Part shown: piece after piece, positions 34,049 to 45,234 of the stretch
How positions within the stretch are numbered: the stretch's first letter is position 1
How the letters are laid out: the number at the start of each line of letters is the position of its first letter
IMG/VR virus record: IMGVR_UViG_3300032236_001613
Coordinates: 186,001 to 250,000 of that record
Length of the DNA stretch: 64,000 bases
Reading direction: 5' to 3' (one strand)
Made by a program: the position numbers and the translations under genes
The notes under the pieces: generated by a model
What the model saw: only the letters and a program-made list of their open reading frames with translations
Databases searched by the model: none
Told to the model about the DNA's origin: nothing

Positions 34049-36792
34049 TGTCTCTTCCGGTTTGGATAACTCCTTCAGGATTTTTAGGAACAATAACCGA
34101 AAGAACATCAGCGTCTATTGCATTATCGGTAGTAGACACTGCTACTTTTTCTTTAATTAGTGGAATTCTTCCTGTAGGATTAAATCTCAATAATCAAGGA
34201 ATAATATCCGGAATACCTGCTAGTGTCGGCGGTACTGTAACAACTCAGTTTGTTATTAGAGCATCAGACCCAACCAATTCAAGTTTATTAACTGATAGAA
34301 CTTTTACCATTGATACTCAAGGTCTTAGCAATCTTGCATGGGTAACACCGGCAGGATATCTTAATGTTGGGTTTGGTAAAGAATACTATGTTATTAATAA
34401 AGAAAATGTAGACTATCAATTTATTGCAAATCCTGGTCAATTATATTCTTACCTTTCAACAGCAACAGATGCACAAGTTAATACTTTATATCTAAGCAGT
34501 TTAGACAACGTCGATATGGGACAACCGGGTGCGTATCGAAGAGTTGGTGGATACGGAATACAAACCGGAACTACGATAACAAATATTTCTTACACAATTA
34601 ATCCAGTGTTTAATGGGTATGCTATTGGAATAAGCTTACCTACTAATGCAGCACTTACAGCTACTTCTCAGATTATTTTATACGATTCGTTGCCAGCAAA
34701 CCGACAAATAAAATATTTTATTGCCGACGGCGATGGTGATTTACCGCCAGGATTAACTTTAGATAGTTCTGGTCATCTAATTGGTTTAGTAAAAGATAAT
34801 TTAGGATTAAATTATCAAGTTTCTCTAAGTGGCGGATATGACAGCGAAAAATACGACGGATATCCATATGACCATGCAACATTGCACAATGGACAATATA
34901 CTAGTCAAGTAACTTATTATATTCCTAAAACCTATCAATTTTCAGTAACTGCATCGGACGGATTAAATAGTGTCAAACAAAGTTTTCTAATTAGAGTAGT
35001 TGATCCTTCTAATTTAACAGCAGATATAACTTCCTCTGATGCATCGGGCCCGTACGCTGCAGAATCTTCAAGTTTAGTACCGCCTCTCTGGTTGTCGCCA
35101 GTAAACTTAGGTACTATAAGGGCAGTAACTACAGAAATAATTCAATTAAAGAACTACGATCCTTATCCTAACACTGGGATTAAAACTTATAATGCTACAG
35201 CAAAATATAGATGGGCACCTGATACAAAATACATAAATGGTGAATGGGTAATATATTACCCAGGAAATTATTATTTCTTAGGTGATTGGAACGCAGATCT
35301 TAACTATCCGCCTTTATCAAATTCACAGACAACTATTTTAGCTAATAGTCAATATCTTGTATCTGTTGCCGGATTGCAAAATCTCGGTAACGGAAGCATT
35401 TATTACGAAATTGGTGATTTAATAATTTACGACGGTATGTCTTGGAACCGAATACCGAATTATGAGAACTCCTATATATGTAATACTGATCATATGTCTT
35501 CTAACACATTTGATACTGCATATTGGACTCAAAATCAGTTGCCATCTTATTTTAGTTTAGACAAAAAATCCGGAGCACTGTACGGTAAATTACCTTACAT
35601 TCCTGTATACACAGAAGTTGTAAATTTTTATATAAGAATTGATAAACAAGATATATTCCATAATAATGTAGTTTATGCTAATAGGCATTTTAATTTAACT
35701 ATTAAAGGATTAATTGATAATACTATATACTTTGTTACTAAGCCAGATTTAGGATCTCTAAATATTGGGTACTTAAGCGAGATGTTAATACAAGCAGCAC
35801 ATAGTAATTCACCAATAAATGTTTCTTATCAAATTATTGGCGGGAGACTACCACCAGGATTATCATTAAAGCTCGACGGCTCGATTGTAGGAAGAATAAC
35901 ATACGGTACTACAATTGGTGAATATAACTTCACTGTAAGAGCTACTGATATATACAAACAAACAGTTGAACAAAATTTCTTTATTAATGTAACTCAATAT
36001 GATAATGCGGAATATACCCAGATATTTGTAACTCCATTCCTATCTCTAGATAAAAGAGACGAATACAAGTCATTTATTAACGACTTAAGCATTTTTAACA
36101 GAGATTACATATATAGAGTTGACGATCCTGATTTTGGTATACAACAAGATTTAAAACTTTATTTAGAACACGGTATTGAGAAAGCTAACACCAGTGATTA
36201 TTTTGCACCTATGGTTGAGTTTTTTAAAAATAAAAATTTAATCTTCGGAGATGTACAGGTTAAACAAGCTAAAGACTTAAACGGAAACTATTTCTACGAT
36301 GTTGTATACTTAGATATCAGAGAAACTGAATTAAATTCCTTTGGTCAGCCAGTAGATGTTAAGTCTAATACAGCATATCCTAGTAGTATAGCTAATATGA
36401 GGACATTATTAGAAACCGTAATAAGTAACAGTGGAAATATTACGGTTAAAACTGATCAATATCAGTTACCTAGTTGGATGAGAACTTATCAAAGCAGCAC
36501 CGGAAATATTTTAGATTATGTTCCTGCAGTAGTATTATGCTATTGTAAACCTAACACAGGCGATATAATTAGAAAACAAATTAAGGATAGCAACTTCAAT
36601 TTTAATACAATTAATTTTGAAATTGATAGGCTAATTGTCGAAAGTACGCTGGATAATAACAATAGGCAGTACTTAATATTCCCAACAATTATGAAGGATG
36701 GTAATGGAAATCTAATAGATCCGCAAGCTTCTTACTTGTATGGCGCAGGAATAATGCTTACAGAAAACGGGCAAATACTAACAATTAACTAA
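34048..36792 (+). CDS. Large structural protein with putative Ig repeats (baseplate-like)
   Basis: Repeated LPPGL.L..G motifs; structural context. Confidence 0.65.
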   Translation: MSLPVWITPSGFLGTITERTSASIALSVVDTATFSLISGILPVGLNLNNQGIISGIPASVGGTVTTQFVIRASDPTNSSLLTDRTFTIDTQGLSNLAWVTPAGYLNVGFGKEYYVINKENVDYQFIANPGQLYSYLSTATDAQVNTLYLSSLDNVDMGQPGAYRRVGGYGIQTGTTITNISYTINPVFNGYAIGISLPTNAALTATSQIILYDSLPANRQIKYFIADGDGDLPPGLTLDSSGHLIGLVKDNLGLNYQVSLSGGYDSEKYDGYPYDHATLHNGQYTSQVTYYIPKTYQFSVTASDGLNSVKQSFLIRVVDPSNLTADITSSDASGPYAAESSSLVPPLWLSPVNLGTIRAVTTEIIQLKNYDPYPNTGIKTYNATAKYRWAPDTKYINGEWVIYYPGNYYFLGDWNADLNYPPLSNSQTTILANSQYLVSVAGLQNLGNGSIYYEIGDLIIYDGMSWNRIPNYENSYICNTDHMSSNTFDTAYWTQNQLPSYFSLDKKSGALYGKLPYIPVYTEVVNFYIRIDKQDIFHNNVVYANRHFNLTIKGLIDNTIYFVTKPDLGSLNIGYLSEMLIQAAHSNSPINVSYQIIGGRLPPGLSLKLDGSIVGRITYGTTIGEYNFTVRATDIYKQTVEQNFFINVTQYDNAEYTQIFVTPFLSLDKRDEYKSFINDLSIFNRDYIYRVDDPDFGIQQDLKLYLEHGIEKANTSDYFAPMVEFFKNKNLIFGDVQVKQAKDLNGNYFYDVVYLDIRETELNSFGQPVDVKSNTAYPSSIANMRTLLETVISNSGNITVKTDQYQLPSWMRTYQSSTGNILDYVPAVVLCYCKPNTGDIIRKQIKDSNFNFNTINFEIDRLIVESTLDNNNRQYLIFPTIMKDGNGNLIDPQASYLYGAGIMLTENGQILTIN

Positions 36793-36834
36793 CTGCCCAA
36801 TAAAATAAATATGACATAAGAGAGAAAATTTACT

Positions 36835-39800
36835 ATGCCTACAATTTCCAGTTTACCGAGTTTATCTACAACAACAAATTTAAATAATGTGGTATTTCCA
36901 GTAGTTGAAACTGTAGGAAATGTTTCAGTTACTAAAAATGCAACTTTAGGACAGGTTATATCTGCTGCAGTAAGTAGCTCACCGGTAAAATCAGTTGCAG
37001 GGCAAACTGGAAATGTAACATTATCGTACAGAAATATAACAGGAACACCTCCTGTTGCTACTAAAAGCGTAGTAGGAGCTGTTTCTGTAGGTTCCGGTAT
37101 CGGAGTAAGTGCTGCAGGTGTTATTTCTCTTGCTGCAGCTACTACTACTGCATCCGGTGGTGTTGTAATTGGCTCGGGACTTAAAGTTGATTCTAGCGGT
37201 ACAGTTAGTCTAGCTACTGCTACAACTGCAACACTCGGCGGTGTTATAATCGGAAGCGGTTTATCTATAACTACTTCCGGCGTTCTTAGCTCAGTTGCTA
37301 CCATGGGATATGTCGGTTCAATCGGAGCATTAGGATACGCAGGATCGAGAGGATATAACGGATCTGGAGGATTAGGATATACCGGATCAGCCGGAGCAGC
37401 CGGATTACCCGGATCAACGGTACTAATTACCGGAATTACCAGTGTAACAGCAGGCACCGGATTAACAGCAGTTACATCGCTTACTGTTGTTACGCTTAGT
37501 GTTCCGGTAGCTAGTACTACTACATTTGGATCTGTAAAAATCGGTAGCGGACTAACAGTAACATCAGGCACTATTAGTGTAACAGGTGGTGCGGGTGGTG
37601 TTGGATATACCGGATCAGCCGGATCTGGCGGTACTGGAAGTAATACTACTATTGTAGCAGGAACTGGGATCTCAGTAGTTTCGTCAGGAAGCACAGTCAC
37701 AATTAGTGTTCCGGTAGCTAGTACTACTACATTTGGGTCTGTAAAAATCGGTAGCGGACTAACAGTAACATCAGGCACTATTAGTGTAACAGGTGGTGCG
37801 GGTGGTGTTGGATATACCGGATCAGCCGGATCTGGTGGCACTGGCAGCGGATATACAGGTAGCCAAGGTGTTGCTGGTACTACTGGTTATGTCGGATCGG
37901 CAGGATCGGGCAGCACATTTACCGGCGGTACTGTAGCTAACCCCACAACATTTAGTACAACTGCAAGCTTTAATTCGACTGTAAACTTTAGTAGTGCAGT
38001 AACTGCAGTTGGCATTATAGGTTCGACTATAAATAATTTTACAATACTCGGCGGGCTAACAGTAGCTAATGCATTTGGTACAACACAAGGTGCAAGCACT
38101 AACTCAACTACCGGAGCTTTAGTTGTTACCGGCGGGGTTGGTATAAGCGGCAACGTAAATATTGGCGGTAACTTAACTGTTAACGGGCAATCATTATCGT
38201 CAAATGGTTCTAACTCTGCTAATGCAGTATTCACCGGAACAGTTACTGCAGCAAGCTTTGTTTCAACCACAACCGGAACACCGACATTATACGGAGCCAG
38301 TAATTTAAATCTTGCTGCAGTTGGTAGAGTGCAAGTAAGCCAAAGCCCTCTTAGATTATGGTCAATAACATCTGCAACTAGAGCTACTTTAGCACCTGGC
38401 AACGGAGATTTAATTTATAACTCCGATGTTAATAAATTCCAAGGTTATGCAAATAGTGCGTGGGTTGATATCACAGGTGCAAGTGGAAGTGGAAATGGGT
38501 ATACTGGATCAGCAAGTACTGCTGCCGGTTATAACGGATCACTTGGATATACAGGTAGCGCCGGCGCAGGATACACTGGATCAGCAAGTACTGTTGTTGG
38601 TTATAACGGATCACTCGGATATACAGGTAGTACAGGAGCAGGATATACAGGCTCGGCAAGTACTGTAATTGGGTATACAGGGTCGTCGGGCACTTATACC
38701 CAAGGATCTACCGGCACTGTTACACGAACAATAACAGCAAAATTACAAGAATCTGTTAGTGTGCTTGATTTTGGTGCTGATCCTACCGGCGTAGCTGATT
38801 GTACAACAGCATTTAAAAATGCCTTTGCAGTATGGCCATCAAGTGGCACATTGCTTATTCCGGCCGGTACTTATATGTTTACCGGAACAGTTACTACACC
38901 TTCCCTTCCAACTAACGGGTTAATAAAAGGTGCAGGAAATAGTTCGTCTATATTAAAATTCACCGGCGCTGGTAACGGATTAGTATTATCTGCTTCTCAA
39001 TCAATAGAAGATGTACAAATACAAGCAGCAAATGCATCAAACAATATTGGTTTGCAAATTTCTGGATTAAATCAGACTGTTAAACGTGTACAAATTCAAA
39101 ATGGATCAGGTGCATGGTTAATTGGTATTCAATGCTCTGGAACTGTTACAACATTAATCGAAGGGTGTTATACAGGTGCTACAGTAAATTACGGAATACA
39201 GGCAATTAATAACGGCGCTACTGCAGTTACAGGATTGACGCTTGTATCAAACGAGATAAGAGCAAATAGCGTAGGATTGAATATTACTACCAATGGATAT
39301 TCTAATAATGTTGGTGCGTCGTCGGTATGTATATATGGCGGTTCAATTGAGGTGACTAATACAACCGGTCTCTTAATTGATTATCTAACTACTTCAGTTG
39401 CGCATACTGTTATGGTATACGGTACACAGTTCCAACAAAATTTCATAGACGACATTAAAATGACGTCACATGGTATGTTATCACTTTATAACACTCGACA
39501 CGTTGCAGCATCAGGCGGAGCAAATTATGCAGTTAACTGCAGCGGTGTACAAACTAATTCTGTTGTTCGATTAAATGGAATTAGTGTTGACAACGCAGGA
39601 GTCAACACCTCTGCTGTAACAATAGGTGCTAATGTTGCTAATGCATCTATAATAGGTTGTTCTATAAGTGGATCGAAGTTAACATTATCAGCACCTTCTA
39701 AGGTCATGTTATTAGACAACTACTTCTTCGATGGTACTTACAAAGGAAACGTACTAAAAGATGACGGCAGTGGTAACGTTAAATTAACTTTACAAGGAGC

Positions 39801-42129
39801 AACGTACTCGTCTGTATCGCAGCTTTCTAATTCTACTGGTGCTTTCTCCTTCTTTAATAACGGTGTACAATCTTATCAAATTGATTCAGTAGGACGTTTG
39901 AACATGTACAACAAACTGTATCCTGCAAAAGATACTGCTACAACGCAAAGTGTAACAGGATTATATGCAGGATCAGGCGCTCCAAGTAATACAAACGGTA
40001 ATATTGGAGATTTTTATCTACGTGGAGATACTCCAAGCACGGCAGGTCAAAGAATTTATGTAAAAAATTCTAGCACATGGGTTGGTATCGATAGTGGAGG
40101 GGCAGCAGTTAGCGTTGCCGAGTATGGTGCAGTTGGTGATGGTACCACTGACGATACTGCAGCAATTCAAGCAGCATTAAATGCTGTTTCAGCTGCCGGA
40201 GGCGGTCGTGTTATAATTCCGAATAATTTCCGTTGCTTAATTGATAGTGCAAATCTTATTATTCCTAATAGAGTAAACTTAGCAGGTCCGCATCAACGAC
40301 CAGGCCAGTGCTTGCCATTTACTGATGCGACTATTACAGCTACTACCGGCGCAATCATCTTAAATCCTCTTTATACCATTAACCTTGCACCAGGGGTCGC
40401 AGGGTCTACCGGAATTAGTGGTTTATATATTTTTGCTAAAGGGTTAACACTACCTACATCAGATGCTGACGCTATTGCTAAAGTTGCAGCATGGACTGGT
40501 ACTGCTATTACTCTCGGTAGTATTGTACCTATAAAAGATCTTAATACCGGGCACGACAGCTATGTCGGACACTGTCATATATTAGGATTTAATCAAGCAA
40601 TACACGGCGATTGGTGTGCTAGATATGCAATTGAGTATATCACCGGTGATTGCCAAAACGGTATATACATGGCTCATATCTACGATATGGGTCGTATACA
40701 TGACTGTCATTTTTGGGATTTCTTTACCTACGGTCGACCTGCAACAAATTGGCGCTCTGGAACAGCATATTATTTTGATGTAGGCGCCGATTGGGTAACC
40801 GTAGAAAACTGCTTTACATTCGGACATTACACTGGATTCCGTATCGACGGAGCAATAGAAGTAAAATTAATCGGATGTAGTTCAGATGGAAATTCAAGCA
40901 ACAAACCGGCAGGTTCAAAATCTTTCTATATTACTAATACAGCAACAACGCTTGCTCTTAATACTAACCTTGTCTGCTGTCAGGCATCGAGCCATGATAC
41001 CGGGTATTATATTGATGCTACCGATTGGACTAGCTTAGTAATGTGTACAGCGTTTTCAACGTCGTCAAACCATGTCTTTATGGATAAAGGGTCTGTAAAA
41101 ATACTTTCAAGTCATTTTTATAATCCGACACAAAATGCGTCAATTGTAACCGGATCAACACTTAAATGGGCACATCTTTCAGACAATTCGTTTGATACTG
41201 TAGGTAATGTTTATTCATTAAACACAGCTACCCAATACAATGTTGAAATTTTACAGAGTAACAATTATTTTAATTCATTGGGTATCGATGCAAGTACTGC
41301 AAAAATTGTTACCGGCGCTGAATGCGGCGAAAGCAGGTATTCAATTGGCGGTGCAAACGGATATCAACTCCGTTTCTACCATTCAACAGGAACAACAACT
41401 TCACCACGAGTAGTCAATTCCGGCGAACAACTAGGAACTTTATGTTTCTATGGTTATAACGGCAACAGTTTTTACTCAGACACTCAATTATATCCTCATT
41501 TATCACTTAGAGCCCATGTAGACGGACCAGTTAATGGGGCTTATGTTCCAACAGGTTGGATCGTTTCGACATCGCCAAATAATGGACTTATAGCAGATCG
41601 TAACGTCACAGATAGTGCAGGCGATTTTAGACCATTAGCAAATAATGCATATAACTTAGGCAGAGCAGGGGATAGTGCTTGGAAAAACATTTACTCAACT
41701 AATGGAACTATTCAAGTGTCTGACGAAAGGACTAAGACTGAAATTACTACCGCAACATTAGGATTAGATTTTATAAATGCATTACATCCGGTATCTTATA
41801 AATTTAAGGAAGGTAGTACTGTTGTAACTGGACAAATTTATAGAGATGCCGACGGCAACGAATGCTCTGCAGATGCAACCGGTGCAAGACCTGCAGAAAT
41901 TATTTCTCATACTGTACCCGGCGCACGTACTCATTGGGGATTAATTGCTCAAGAAGTTAAACAGGCAGTCGATGCTGCAGGAGTCGACTTTGGAGGATGG
42001 ATATTAACCGATATAAACGATCCAGATAGTCAGCAAGCGTTGAGATACGAACAGTTTATTGCTCCGTTAATTAAAGCAGTTCAAGAACTAACTGCTCAAG
42101 TAAAAGATCTACAGAGTAAGATTAAATGA
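36835..42129 (+). CDS. Tailspike/fibre with two pectate-lyase-like beta-helices and S74 chaperone
   Basis: SVLDFGADPTGVAD and SVAEYGAVGDGTTDDTAAIQAA; GYTGS repeats; SDERTK...GLIAQEV...LRYEQFIAPL. Confidence 0.88.
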   Translation: MPTISSLPSLSTTTNLNNVVFPVVETVGNVSVTKNATLGQVISAAVSSSPVKSVAGQTGNVTLSYRNITGTPPVATKSVVGAVSVGSGIGVSAAGVISLAAATTTASGGVVIGSGLKVDSSGTVSLATATTATLGGVIIGSGLSITTSGVLSSVATMGYVGSIGALGYAGSRGYNGSGGLGYTGSAGAAGLPGSTVLITGITSVTAGTGLTAVTSLTVVTLSVPVASTTTFGSVKIGSGLTVTSGTISVTGGAGGVGYTGSAGSGGTGSNTTIVAGTGISVVSSGSTVTISVPVASTTTFGSVKIGSGLTVTSGTISVTGGAGGVGYTGSAGSGGTGSGYTGSQGVAGTTGYVGSAGSGSTFTGGTVANPTTFSTTASFNSTVNFSSAVTAVGIIGSTINNFTILGGLTVANAFGTTQGASTNSTTGALVVTGGVGISGNVNIGGNLTVNGQSLSSNGSNSANAVFTGTVTAASFVSTTTGTPTLYGASNLNLAAVGRVQVSQSPLRLWSITSATRATLAPGNGDLIYNSDVNKFQGYANSAWVDITGASGSGNGYTGSASTAAGYNGSLGYTGSAGAGYTGSASTVVGYNGSLGYTGSTGAGYTGSASTVIGYTGSSGTYTQGSTGTVTRTITAKLQESVSVLDFGADPTGVADCTTAFKNAFAVWPSSGTLLIPAGTYMFTGTVTTPSLPTNGLIKGAGNSSSILKFTGAGNGLVLSASQSIEDVQIQAANASNNIGLQISGLNQTVKRVQIQNGSGAWLIGIQCSGTVTTLIEGCYTGATVNYGIQAINNGATAVTGLTLVSNEIRANSVGLNITTNGYSNNVGASSVCIYGGSIEVTNTTGLLIDYLTTSVAHTVMVYGTQFQQNFIDDIKMTSHGMLSLYNTRHVAASGGANYAVNCSGVQTNSVVRLNGISVDNAGVNTSAVTIGANVANASIIGCSISGSKLTLSAPSKVMLLDNYFFDGTYKGNVLKDDGSGNVKLTLQGATYSSVSQLSNSTGAFSFFNNGVQSYQIDSVGRLNMYNKLYPAKDTATTQSVTGLYAGSGAPSNTNGNIGDFYLRGDTPSTAGQRIYVKNSSTWVGIDSGGAAVSVAEYGAVGDGTTDDTAAIQAALNAVSAAGGGRVIIPNNFRCLIDSANLIIPNRVNLAGPHQRPGQCLPFTDATITATTGAIILNPLYTINLAPGVAGSTGISGLYIFAKGLTLPTSDADAIAKVAAWTGTAITLGSIVPIKDLNTGHDSYVGHCHILGFNQAIHGDWCARYAIEYITGDCQNGIYMAHIYDMGRIHDCHFWDFFTYGRPATNWRSGTAYYFDVGADWVTVENCFTFGHYTGFRIDGAIEVKLIGCSSDGNSSNKPAGSKSFYITNTATTLALNTNLVCCQASSHDTGYYIDATDWTSLVMCTAFSTSSNHVFMDKGSVKILSSHFYNPTQNASIVTGSTLKWAHLSDNSFDTVGNVYSLNTATQYNVEILQSNNYFNSLGIDASTAKIVTGAECGESRYSIGGANGYQLRFYHSTGTTTSPRVVNSGEQLGTLCFYGYNGNSFYSDTQLYPHLSLRAHVDGPVNGAYVPTGWIVSTSPNNGLIADRNVTDSAGDFRPLANNAYNLGRAGDSAWKNIYSTNGTIQVSDERTKTEITTATLGLDFINALHPVSYKFKEGSTVVTGQIYRDADGNECSADATGARPAEIISHTVPGARTHWGLIAQEVKQAVDAAGVDFGGWILTDINDPDSQQALRYEQFIAPLIKAVQELTAQVKDLQSKIK
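37496..37835 (+). repeat. 133-bp near-perfect direct repeat (37496-37628, 37703-37835)
   Basis: One mismatch seen; 207-bp in-frame offset. Confidence 0.9.
38498..38690 (+). repeat. About 60-bp tandem GYTGS/GYNGS coding repeats
   Basis: GGATCAGCAAGTACTG...GGTTATAACGGATCACT recurs at 60-nt spacing. Confidence 0.8.
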
Positions 42130-43772
42130 TGGAACAAGAGTATATTGTTACGTTACAGGACGGTGTTGACTATGATTCATTTTGGGATGAAATGGATTCA
42201 GTTACTTCTGGATTAGCCTTTGTTCCCGATAGAATAGTAGGTATCGTTAATGCGAGAGAACATAATCCGAGAAATACACATTATTCATTAACAGATGATG
42301 AAGCAGTCTTATTAGCGCAAGATCCTAGAGTATTAGCTGTAGAAATTCCACCATGGAAACGACCAGAGCTGGTAATAGGGCATGGAGTAGTTCAAAACTC
42401 AAATTTTACTAAGCCAACACTTAGTACAGCCACGATTGCAGTTAGTAGTACCGGAACTAATGTTAATTGGGGATTAGCTAGATGCTCTTATATTACAGAT
42501 ATTTATAATGCAGGAACATCAACTACTAGCTTGTATAACTATCATCTTGATGGAACCGGGGTTGACATAGTTATTACCGATTCCGGAATAAATCCAAATC
42601 ATCCGGAATTTCAAGATCAAAATGGAACCAGCAGAGTACAGCAGATTGATTGGTACGCTGCTAGTGGAATAACAGGTACTCAAAGCGTATCTCATTATAG
42701 AGACTGGAATGGTCATGGAACTCATGTAGCTGGTATTGCGGCAGGAAAAACTTACGGATGGGCTAAAAATGCAAGGATTTATAGTATAAAAGTTTCAGGA
42801 TTAGAAGGAACAGGTGACGCCGGTACTGGTATAATAGTTCCTGACTGCCTTGATGTTATACGATTATGGCATCAAAAAAAACCAGTAGACCCGGTAACCG
42901 GTTATAAACGTCCTACAGTAGTTAATGCTAGTTGGGGATATACGATTGCATCAGGATATACTATTCTAGGCGGTAATTATCGAGGAACTACGTGGACCTA
43001 TGGCGGAGCTTTTATTTTTCCAGCTATACAAAACAATTATGGTATCTTTAATGGTTGGGCGGCTCCGGGATACGTACCTTCTTTAAATGCTGATTTAGAC
43101 TTATTAGCGCAAGCTGGCGTTATTGTTTGCACTGCAGCTGGAAATTCACCATTTAAAACAGATGTATCAACTGGAGCAGATTATAATAATTATATTTCAA
43201 GTAATGCAAGAGCATTTGCAATAAATTCAAGTAGCACTTATACAACATCAACTTTATATTATTGTAGAGGAATGAGTCCATTAACTACTTATGGTATTAA
43301 CGTAGGGTGCTCTAATATAGGATACTTATATTCTACAGGTACAGAACTTGCTACATCATTCTCTGCTAGAGGGCCGGGGGTTGATGTTTATGCTCCAGGG
43401 CATCAAATTTTTAGTGCAGCTAGCGATCTTAATTCGGGGATAACCGGTGACGGGTATAACGTTGCTCCTTACTACTTAAATTCATCATATAATCAAGCTA
43501 GTATGAATGGAACTAGCATGTCAAGCCCTCAAGTAGCAGGAGTAGCAGCTTTATACTTACAAGCGAATCCGTCAGCATTAATAAACGAAGTAAAACAATT
43601 TATAGTTAACAACTCACAAAAGGTTTTATACACATCTACAGTAACTACTGGTGATGATTGGACTAATGGTAATAGTTTGTTTGGTGGTAAAGGAAATCTG
43701 TTATATTTTCCATATGCATCGAGCCTTAAAATACAAAACAATGCTACAATAATTGGCGCTAGCATACCGTAA
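42126..43772 (+). CDS. Subtilisin-like S8 peptidase
   Basis: ITDSG, HGTHVAG, AAGN, GTSMSSPQVAG. Confidence 0.95.
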   Translation: MMEQEYIVTLQDGVDYDSFWDEMDSVTSGLAFVPDRIVGIVNAREHNPRNTHYSLTDDEAVLLAQDPRVLAVEIPPWKRPELVIGHGVVQNSNFTKPTLSTATIAVSSTGTNVNWGLARCSYITDIYNAGTSTTSLYNYHLDGTGVDIVITDSGINPNHPEFQDQNGTSRVQQIDWYAASGITGTQSVSHYRDWNGHGTHVAGIAAGKTYGWAKNARIYSIKVSGLEGTGDAGTGIIVPDCLDVIRLWHQKKPVDPVTGYKRPTVVNASWGYTIASGYTILGGNYRGTTWTYGGAFIFPAIQNNYGIFNGWAAPGYVPSLNADLDLLAQAGVIVCTAAGNSPFKTDVSTGADYNNYISSNARAFAINSSSTYTTSTLYYCRGMSPLTTYGINVGCSNIGYLYSTGTELATSFSARGPGVDVYAPGHQIFSAASDLNSGITGDGYNVAPYYLNSSYNQASMNGTSMSSPQVAGVAALYLQANPSALINEVKQFIVNNSQKVLYTSTVTTGDDWTNGNSLFGGKGNLLYFPYASSLKIQNNATIIGASIP

Positions 43773-43799
43773 GAATAAATAAATTTAAAGAGACTTAAC

Positions 43800-44417
43800 A
43801 TGACTAGTACAGTAACAAATTATAGCAGCAATATCAATGTAGCGTTCCCAATTACCGGGGTAGTGAATTCTAGCCAAGGTTTTAGGGATAATTTTAGTAA
43901 TATTTCTAACGCATTTACTGTAGCATCAAGCGAAATTTCCGATCTACAATTAAATGTTGACTCTTTGCTAAACACTCCATATTTAGGTAATAGTTTAACT
44001 AGTTTTACGGTAAACGGTACAGTTACTGCCACTAATTTTGTCGGTACATTGACTGGTGATTTAATTGCTGTAAATGTAACAGCAAATAGCGGTACGATTC
44101 AAACTTTTGCAAGCAATTTAGTTTCTGTTAATACTGTTACTATCACCGGAGGAACATCTAACGCCAATGTTAGCATGACAGGGAGAACACTAGTAGCATC
44201 TGGGTTTGATTCAATTGTACTTACTAATCTTACTTCTCAAAATACCGGAACTGTTGCAGTATTTGCTAATGCTGTTCCAACAAATAACAGAGGAACGGTC
44301 GGTGATGTAAGAGGAATGATGTACGCAACAAGCCAGACCATTTACATTTGCTATGCAAATTATGTTGATGGGTCTACACCTATTTGGACAAAAGTAGCAT
44401 CAAGCAGCACTTGGTAA
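43800..44417 (+). CDS. Putative virion structural protein
   Basis: SQGFRDNF N-terminus; Thr/Ser rich. Confidence 0.55.
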   Translation: MTSTVTNYSSNINVAFPITGVVNSSQGFRDNFSNISNAFTVASSEISDLQLNVDSLLNTPYLGNSLTSFTVNGTVTATNFVGTLTGDLIAVNVTANSGTIQTFASNLVSVNTVTITGGTSNANVSMTGRTLVASGFDSIVLTNLTSQNTGTVAVFANAVPTNNRGTVGDVRGMMYATSQTIYICYANYVDGSTPIWTKVASSSTW

Positions 44418-44423
44418 TAAATT

Positions 44424-44669
44424 ATGTTTCATCCGTTAGTTAGTGATTTAAGCGAGATTAAAGATATTGATTTAGAAAATCAAATAAATCAATTAGGAAG
44501 AAAATACTCTATTGCTGCTAGATCCGGTAATAGTGGGTTATGCAATCAAATTGTTATTGTATTAGAACAATATAAAGACGAACAAAGACGCAGACTACTC
44601 GATAAGAGTAAGAAAGTAAATTTAAAAAACGAAAATAAAGATTTGGACGATTTAATAAACATTAATTGA
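44424..44669 (+). CDS. Hypothetical protein
   Basis: ORF. Confidence 0.55.
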   Translation: MFHPLVSDLSEIKDIDLENQINQLGRKYSIAARSGNSGLCNQIVIVLEQYKDEQRRRLLDKSKKVNLKNENKDLDDLININ

Positions 44670-44700
44670 CTTTTAGAGTTGTTTAATTTATACTACCAGT

Positions 44701-45234
44701 ATGAATAATAATAAATTCGGCGAACTTATATTTGATGAAAATGATATTTTTCAATCATTATACCACGGCAAGATTAAAAAACTTTCCGAACTTAATATTA
44801 AAAATAAAAACTTAATTAAACAATTTAATAGTAATATTGAAAGAAATGCCGATAGTATTGATCAATTAAAAGAGTACATTGAACCTAACTTATCTATAGA
44901 AGAATTTGATCAATTAAATCAAAAAGAATGGTTTATACCAGATAATTATTGCCCAGATTTAATATCACATCTTTTTGATTGTTGTAAAACACCTGAACAA
45001 AGAAATCGAGTAGAATTAGAAATAAATCTTTTTATTCAGCATGGCATGCTTGATGTTCTACATGCTCTTAAATACCTAGTAGATTTTATGAGGGAACATA
45101 ATATTGTTTGGGGTGTGGGCAGAGGTAGTTCAGTATCTAGCTACTGCTTATACTTAATTGGTGTACATAAAATTGATAGTCTAAAATATGGTTTAGACAT
45201 AAACGAATTCCTTAAAGGAGAAAAAGATGGCTAA
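44701..45234 (+). CDS. Stand-alone DnaE (Pol III alpha) fragment-like protein
   Basis: RVELE...VWGVGRGSSVSSYCLYLIGVHKIDSLKYGL..FL. Confidence 0.75.
   Translation: MNNNKFGELIFDENDIFQSLYHGKIKKLSELNIKNKNLIKQFNSNIERNADSIDQLKEYIEPNLSIEEFDQLNQKEWFIPDNYCPDLISHLFDCCKTPEQRNRVELEINLFIQHGMLDVLHALKYLVDFMREHNIVWGVGRGSSVSSYCLYLIGVHKIDSLKYGLDINEFLKGEKDG

Noticed and set aside
37496-37835. Diversity-generating retroelement TR/VR pair
   Set aside because: Both copies are in frame within one gene, differ at one position, and no reverse transcriptase is present.
36789-38402. Long antisense ORFs (350 aa and 171 aa) within the tailspike
   Set aside because: Expected from Gly/Thr/Ser/Val-rich repetitive coding on the plus strand.
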